Source: Nanobdellota archaeon (GTDB taxonomy: Archaea; Nanobdellota; Nanobdellia; Pacearchaeales; GW2011-AR1). From it: 64,000 bases of DNA. Of the stretch, positions 58,841 to 64,000 are shown in pieces. The position numbers and the translations under genes are program-made. The first letter of the stretch is position 1, and each line of letters begins with the position of its first letter. The notes beneath the pieces are model-generated. The model saw only the letters and a list, made by a program, of their open reading frames with translations. It had not been told where the DNA came from and did not search any database. The DNA lies in contig JAGVNG010000017.1 of NCBI GenBank assembly GCA_020053375.1, forward strand, positions 26,780 to 90,779. Direction: 5' to 3'.

Positions 58841-58868
58841 GGGAAACTGGCGCTTTGGAAGAAATATT
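58841..58868. repeat. Direct repeat copy 2 of the thermonuclease 3' terminus
   Basis: gggaaactggcgctttggaagaaatatt followed by TAG; still reads GKLALWKKY-stop. Confidence 0.85.
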
Positions 58869-58959
58869 AGGTGATTTAGAGGTTGAAGAAAAGAGGTATT
58901 AATCTTTAAGTAGCAACTTTAAATAGATTTATAAACATTAAATTAAATATCAAGTTACA

Positions 58960-60723
58960 ATGAAACATGGCAGGCTGATATTAGGCGTATTTATGTTATT
59001 CTTTTTATTAGCCAGTATAAATGCAGCAGTTGATACAGTTATAATTCAATATAATCACCAAAATTATGATTATGCTGTCATCAATAGAACGTATGATTTG
59101 TTTGTGGGGGGAACTGGTTTGCAGAATATAACTAGTTCTCAATTAACATTAATTAGTAACGATGGGAGCATAGCTCAGTACACGTTTGCTCCGGGAAATG
59201 TTGCCGGAATAAGAACTTTTAATGATGGAATTAATAGTTTTAATGTGAATGTTTTAAGCGAAGCTGATGAACTTGCTGATTCTATTGGAAGCGTTGCTAT
59301 TGAGATTACTGATCATTCTTCATCTGTCAAGATAAATAATTTAAATTTGAGTCACAGAATAATAAGAGTAATAAATCTAAGTAAAATTTCCGAATTAAAA
59401 AGCATCAGCGGCAATTTAGACTTGAGCAATATCCTGAAAGGTTTAGATTTTAATCTGGATTTTACCAATGGCTCAAGGTATCCCGCCTATAATTCACTAT
59501 CCATTGATGGAGGTTCCAGCGCTGGAACAGTGATAAATGCGGTATTAACATTTAATGATATTGACTGCAACGGTTTTATCTGCAATTCCAATGATATAAA
59601 TGCTAATCCTGAAAAATTGAATGAAGTCATAGACAAATATGATGCAAATGCGGAGTATATGGCAAATGCAACCGCGATAAAACAGGGGAATGATTTTTCA
59701 TTCTATACAGATGAAGGCTACTCTGATTTAAATGGAACTAACTTGGAAAATGCGCAGGAGATAATCAATGAGAAAATTAAATTCATTGACCCGGATGAGG
59801 TTATTGACGTCCTGCTTCCAATAAAAGATTTCTCAGAATTTAAGCAATTTGTTGATTTTGACATCAGTGTTGATTTTGACAATTTAACAATGGAAGACGG
59901 CACTTATGCCTTGAAAGTTTTATATGAAGACAAATACGGGAATGAGGGAGAAATGCCATTTACAGTTATACTGGACATTACCAATACAATCTCCTCTGAA
60001 CTGGAAGTTAATGGGACAGTAACATTTGCAAATGTTGTGAGCAGCCAAACAACATTGCAAAGAGTTGAAAATCTGCCTGCAGGCATCGCTCTAACGACCA
60101 CATCATTTGGAAACAGCAAGCCTTCCACTTTCATTAGCATTCCCTCAAATGTCGACGCATTGAATTATATCCAGATAGATTCAAGTAATCCAAGCGCAAC
60201 AAGCAGCGGGGCATTTGATTTATATTTCAAAATATTAAAGACTTCAATTCCTTCAAGCGATAAGAACGATGTCAGGCTGTATGTTCAGGAAGGAAATTCA
60301 TGGACCCAACTTCCAACTACCTTAATCAATGAAACACCAACAGAGTATGAGTATAAAGCAGTAATACCTCATTTCAGCAATTTCTTGATAGGTGTTCTTC
60401 AGCCAAGTAGCGGGGGAGGAGGCGGGAGTTCAAGCACAATTTATGAATTTGGAAAAAATGTTAATAATAATCAAACTAATAATACTGCTTCTAATCCAAT
60501 TAATCTTGGGGGCACTCCTCCAGAAGCAGCACCACCAGGATTTTTTGCAACAATAACAGGAGCAATAATCGGAGCATTGGGAACAGGAGGAACAATATTT
60601 GTGGTTGTATTTATTGTTGGCATTGTTGGGGCAATGATTATTCTTAGGGTTGGAAGAAAAACAAATAAAAAAGGGAAGGACAAAAAATTAAATGATAGGG
60701 GTGATAAAGTTGATGAACTATGA
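58960..60723 (+). CDS. Large secreted protein with C-terminal PGF-containing membrane anchor
   Basis: Signal peptide; C-terminal ...APPGFFATITGAIIGALGTGGTIFVVVFIVGIVGAMIILRVGRKTNKK. Confidence 0.55.
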   Translation: MKHGRLILGVFMLFFLLASINAAVDTVIIQYNHQNYDYAVINRTYDLFVGGTGLQNITSSQLTLISNDGSIAQYTFAPGNVAGIRTFNDGINSFNVNVLSEADELADSIGSVAIEITDHSSSVKINNLNLSHRIIRVINLSKISELKSISGNLDLSNILKGLDFNLDFTNGSRYPAYNSLSIDGGSSAGTVINAVLTFNDIDCNGFICNSNDINANPEKLNEVIDKYDANAEYMANATAIKQGNDFSFYTDEGYSDLNGTNLENAQEIINEKIKFIDPDEVIDVLLPIKDFSEFKQFVDFDISVDFDNLTMEDGTYALKVLYEDKYGNEGEMPFTVILDITNTISSELEVNGTVTFANVVSSQTTLQRVENLPAGIALTTTSFGNSKPSTFISIPSNVDALNYIQIDSSNPSATSSGAFDLYFKILKTSIPSSDKNDVRLYVQEGNSWTQLPTTLINETPTEYEYKAVIPHFSNFLIGVLQPSSGGGGGSSSTIYEFGKNVNNNQTNNTASNPINLGGTPPEAAPPGFFATITGAIIGALGTGGTIFVVVFIVGIVGAMIILRVGRKTNKKGKDKKLNDRGDKVDEL

Positions 60724-61949
60724 AAGCCCTCGTTTATCTTATAATTTTTTTGCTGCTCATTTCTACGGTTAGTTCTAAGCATATCTCTCTTCCATACAAA
60801 CAAACTTTAAACAAAGCAAATTTGCTTGAAACTGCAAATGTTAATTTTGAAATTAAAGATTCTAGTGGAAATCCCTTGAAAAATACTCTTATAATAATTC
60901 AGGGAATTTCAAATACTGATTTCAACCAAAATTTACTAACCGACATTAATGGCAAAACCTCTATTGCCTTAAATAAAAATGAAATTTTTGCATATGCAAT
61001 ATACAAATTAGCCTATGAAGAAAAGACAGGGAATTTCTTCACAAATTCAGACAAAAATATCCAGATAACATTAAACAAAGTTCCAAAAGATAAATGGTAT
61101 TTTTATTACGAGAATAATGGGGAAATTGAGTTAAAATTTAAAAGTCTTGATTCGGATACAAATTATTATTCAGGGGATTCTGTCAATGAGGTGCTTGATA
61201 TAAAGAATGTTGCTGGGAAGAATATAGATTTGGTCAAAGAAAAAACTTCCATTGAAACAGTAGATAGTCTAACATTAAAAAGATTGAGATGGTGGGGAGA
61301 CTTAAGACCACAAAATGTTTTAGTAGATTTAACCTTAAAAAAAGACGGATGGCTGAAAGCAACAATTCAGAATGATGCTCTGGAAGTTTGTGCCGGCAAT
61401 GCAATCGGAACATATAAAGGACAAGCTTTTGATGTTTCTGGCAGCGAATTTATATGCAAGGATGATAAAGGAAGTAACATCATTCCAGATTGGATATTAA
61501 AGAACAATTATAAATTCAAATTAGGAGTTGCATATAAGATAGATGGCAACGAAAAGAATTTGGATTTGTTAACGCAGGACTTCTTTATAGACAATGTAGA
61601 ATGGAAACCTGAAATTAGCTCACATCCAATAAAAAATATATTTGCAGATAAACAATGGCTCTATAATATAACGCCAAAATATCCTAATAATTTTGTATAT
61701 TATAAACTGGAAAAAGCGCCGAATAGAATGAGCATAGATAACAAGGGGGGAACATTAACCTGGAGCCCTGTTAAATTTGGCTACTATGATGTTATTGTAA
61801 GAGCATATTATCCATATTTTGATAATGATGATACTAATATTACTTATACTGACCAAAAATTTACCTTGAGTGTATATAACGAAGAGGGTTGTATGCCAAA
61901 ACCACGGAATAAACCACGGAATAAATATTCAGAGGCAATTTGTTTTTAA
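60720..61949 (+). CDS. Secreted hypothetical protein
   Basis: N-terminal signal peptide; ATGA overlap with previous ORF. Confidence 0.5.
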   Translation: MKALVYLIIFLLLISTVSSKHISLPYKQTLNKANLLETANVNFEIKDSSGNPLKNTLIIIQGISNTDFNQNLLTDINGKTSIALNKNEIFAYAIYKLAYEEKTGNFFTNSDKNIQITLNKVPKDKWYFYYENNGEIELKFKSLDSDTNYYSGDSVNEVLDIKNVAGKNIDLVKEKTSIETVDSLTLKRLRWWGDLRPQNVLVDLTLKKDGWLKATIQNDALEVCAGNAIGTYKGQAFDVSGSEFICKDDKGSNIIPDWILKNNYKFKLGVAYKIDGNEKNLDLLTQDFFIDNVEWKPEISSHPIKNIFADKQWLYNITPKYPNNFVYYKLEKAPNRMSIDNKGGTLTWSPVKFGYYDVIVRAYYPYFDNDDTNITYTDQKFTLSVYNEEGCMPKPRNKPRNKYSEAICF

Positions 61950-61950
61950 A

Positions 61951-63015
61951 ATGAAGCTTAAATATCTATTGCCTTTTTTATTTTTGTTTAATACTCAAGA
62001 TATTCGGGCACAATTTAAAGCGGAATCCAATTTACAAGAACTAGATGTAAAAAGCAAATATGTTGATGTTACAGCAAGAGACACTTTTGGATTAAAAGAT
62101 GGATATAACCTAAAAGGAATAATAAAATTAAAGTATGCTAATAATTCTGTTTACTTAAATAGAAATGGATTACTTAATCATTCTTACGGCATTAATATTG
62201 GTTTAGACCTTGCAGAAGGTTATTATAATAATTCTCAACAAAATATTAAAACTGAAAATTCAAGTTCCCAAGATTCTCAGATAGGACAAATAAATACTAA
62301 AACAACTTTATTGAATGAAAATTATACAAATGATTTTGGGATTAAATTTAATTATAACAATTACTTTGTTAGTTATGAAGATGCAAAGAATAGGAATAAA
62401 GTTGATGGGGAGACATTAGTAGAAATTAATGATGAAAAAGATTTAATAAAATATCAATTTAATTTCAATAATTCAAGCCAAATTTATGGACTTGGTTTTG
62501 AATATGGATTTTTTAAGTTTATACAAAACAGGCAGGATGAAAATAAATTTAATAATTATCTTGCAGGAGTCGGTTATTCCGGCCTGAATGTCTATTACGG
62601 GGAAGAGATCGCCGGATTTTTCAATTTTAATGCATTTGATAAGGTTGATTTTAATTTAACCTATGATAAAAATTTTAAGTTAAATATCTCAACATCTGAT
62701 TATTCCAAATTAGCCCAAAAAGATTTTGAAAGAACATTGGAAAATAAGCTCAGATTAGCCCCGAGATTTTATGACTCTGGTCTGGAAACATCAAGAAGCT
62801 ACTTGGAAGACATGTTTTTCACAGATGATTTTAATTTTTCCATAGATAAGAAAAGCATAACAGCCAATCTCAATTTAGGCTACATTTTATTTCATTACTT
62901 AGAAGATAACAAAAATTTTAGATACAGCAAGAAAATAGGTCTTAAATATAAATTTGCTTTGGTAACATATGATTTTAACCAAAAAGAAGCAAAGTTAGGA
63001 GTATTTTTTAATTAA
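61951..63015 (+). CDS. Secreted Asn/Tyr/Phe-rich protein with beta-barrel-like C-terminus
   Basis: Signal peptide MKLKYLLPFLFLF; alternating hydrophobic pattern and terminal ...LGVFFN; ATG 1 nt after previous stop. Confidence 0.45.
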   Translation: MKLKYLLPFLFLFNTQDIRAQFKAESNLQELDVKSKYVDVTARDTFGLKDGYNLKGIIKLKYANNSVYLNRNGLLNHSYGINIGLDLAEGYYNNSQQNIKTENSSSQDSQIGQINTKTTLLNENYTNDFGIKFNYNNYFVSYEDAKNRNKVDGETLVEINDEKDLIKYQFNFNNSSQIYGLGFEYGFFKFIQNRQDENKFNNYLAGVGYSGLNVYYGEEIAGFFNFNAFDKVDFNLTYDKNFKLNISTSDYSKLAQKDFERTLENKLRLAPRFYDSGLETSRSYLEDMFFTDDFNFSIDKKSITANLNLGYILFHYLEDNKNFRYSKKIGLKYKFALVTYDFNQKEAKLGVFFN

Positions 63016-63057
63016 ACTCCGTATGCAGAAACCCTTAAAAACTCACGTTTTATCCTT

Positions 63058-63324
63058 AATGTCGTAGACTAGGTTGGCAGGTTAGCCCTCTGCCGCTTGC
63101 AAACGGGCTTTATGGCAGACTGCAAGGAGTGGCGTGATTAGCGCGTCGATAAGTCTCTATTCCGACGTTGACGTTTTGTCCGCTTTGATCTTGCATATGC
63201 GAAACGGGTCAGGCCTTGATCGGAGCAGCCCTAAACATTTGCGTGGATGCTTAACGGGTAGCAAAGCCGAGAGAGAACAGAGGAAGCTTCTTCGACAATC
63301 TATGAGCAAAACTCCGAGTCTACA
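63058..63324 (+). ncRNA. Signal recognition particle RNA (7S-like), tentative
   Basis: ~50% GC island in a 33% GC genome; GGGTCAGGCC...GGAGCAGCCCTAAAC resembles the SRP RNA helix-8 motif; 5' GTAGACTAGG can pair with 3' CCGAGTCTAC. Confidence 0.45.
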
Positions 63325-63460
63325 AAGAATGCCGAAGCATCGTCATTCTGGAGGAAATCGCCAAAGCGTTGTCAATTTGGAGCAAAACTCCGAGTCTACA
63401 CTTTAAAATATACTTCTAAACATATCAATATTTATATAATTAAAAATAATTAAAAAATAA

Positions 63461-63811
63461 ATGACAAAGAAAAGGCCATTTGCAGACATGTATAAATTTG
63501 AATCAGAATTCTTAGAAGGAAGAGAGGGTAATAGGGTTAGAATTTATATTAATAATTCCTGGCCCCGAAGCCCTGCTGAATTTTCTGAGGGCGCAAAAAA
63601 ACTTGAAATAAGAGAGGGAAAAGTGTTAGAGGCTCTTGACTGGAAAACTCCAAGTTTTTTTCCAAGATGCGGGGGAGGACCTTCTTTAGTGATGCATGTT
63701 GATAAAAAAGGCTGCGGAAATAGCAGAAACATCCGACTGGAACAAGCTGATTACACAGGAAATTATTTATATTATAAAATAGGGCGCATTGAAATAATTT
63801 CATCCAAGTAA
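63461..63811 (+). CDS. Hypothetical protein
   Basis: 116-aa ORF. Confidence 0.35.
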   Translation: MTKKRPFADMYKFESEFLEGREGNRVRIYINNSWPRSPAEFSEGAKKLEIREGKVLEALDWKTPSFFPRCGGGPSLVMHVDKKGCGNSRNIRLEQADYTGNYLYYKIGRIEIISSK

Positions 63812-63872
63812 ATTTATTCATTAAGTTTTCTTATGTCAAAACTTTAATAAACTATTTTTTCCTCTGGATACC

Positions 63873-64000
63873 ATGATAAAGAGGTTGAATAAGAGAGGAC
63901 AATTTTATCTTATCGCAGCAATAATCATTGCGGCCATATTAATGGGATTCATAACCATGTCAAATTATTCTACGAAGTGGGAATCAATAAGCGTGCAGGA
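63873..64000 (+). CDS. Archaeal type IV pilin-like protein, 5' part (runs off window)
   Basis: MIKRLNKRGQFYLIAAIIIAAILMGF = class III signal peptide (KRGQ followed by a hydrophobic stretch). Confidence 0.45.
   Translation, partial: MIKRLNKRGQFYLIAAIIIAAILMGFITMSNYSTKWESISVQ

Noticed and set aside
63134-63406. 90-aa ORF in the ORF track
   Set aside because: Lies entirely inside the GC-rich SRP-RNA-like region. Its composition is Arg/Ser/Gly-rich as expected for GC-rich non-coding sequence, and it has no start context.

Overview
AT-rich (~33% GC) archaeal chromosomal segment, most likely from a small-genome DPANN-type archaeon. The core genes are archaeal: unsplit RpoB, an A'/A''-fused RpoA, RpoH, archaeal NusA, aEF-2, aEF-1alpha, archaeal DnaG primase, DtdA and tRNAs for Lys, Ser, initiator Met, Thr and Leu. 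The conserved rpoH-rpoB-rpoA-nusA-rps12-rps7-EF2-EF1a cluster is present but unusually interrupted. Small novel ORFs sit between rpoB and rpoA, after rpoA (DUF3800-like), between nusA and rps12, and between rps12 and rps7. A hicAB toxin-antitoxin (TA) pair sits between EF-2 and EF-1alpha, and a vapBC TA pair lies directly after EF-1alpha. The expected rpl30e and rps10 genes are missing from this cluster. The main observation is that two TA cassettes sit immediately behind host genes and are bounded by a second, slightly diverged copy of that host gene's last 28-43 nt. The cases are vapBC after tuf and HEPN/MNT after a thermonuclease gene. The copies differ only at a synonymous codon position (and, after the nuclease, in the stop codon). 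A shorter 14-nt version of the same signature occurs after rps12. This suggests cassette acquisition by recombination at conserved gene 3' ends. Other notable items follow. An SMC-family ATPase has canonical SMC head motifs but a Rad50-like CPVC zinc hook at the coiled-coil midpoint where the hinge domain should be. A GC-rich SRP-RNA-like gene carries a duplicated 21-nt 3' segment. A tRNA-Leu has a probable 17-nt intron. A HAD hydrolase gene is frameshifted. A dNTP-supply module comprises NrdR, class II RNR, dUTPase and thioredoxin, with a free-standing HNH endonuclease next to it. An IS6-family transposase is associated with a tRNA-Ser-proximal island. That island encodes a membrane-anchored coiled-coil PD-(D/E)xK nuclease-like protein with a zinc ribbon, an acidic protein and a wHTH protein. 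A compact cluster of six small overlapping ORFs shares a common start-codon context. No CRISPR array or rRNA gene was seen.
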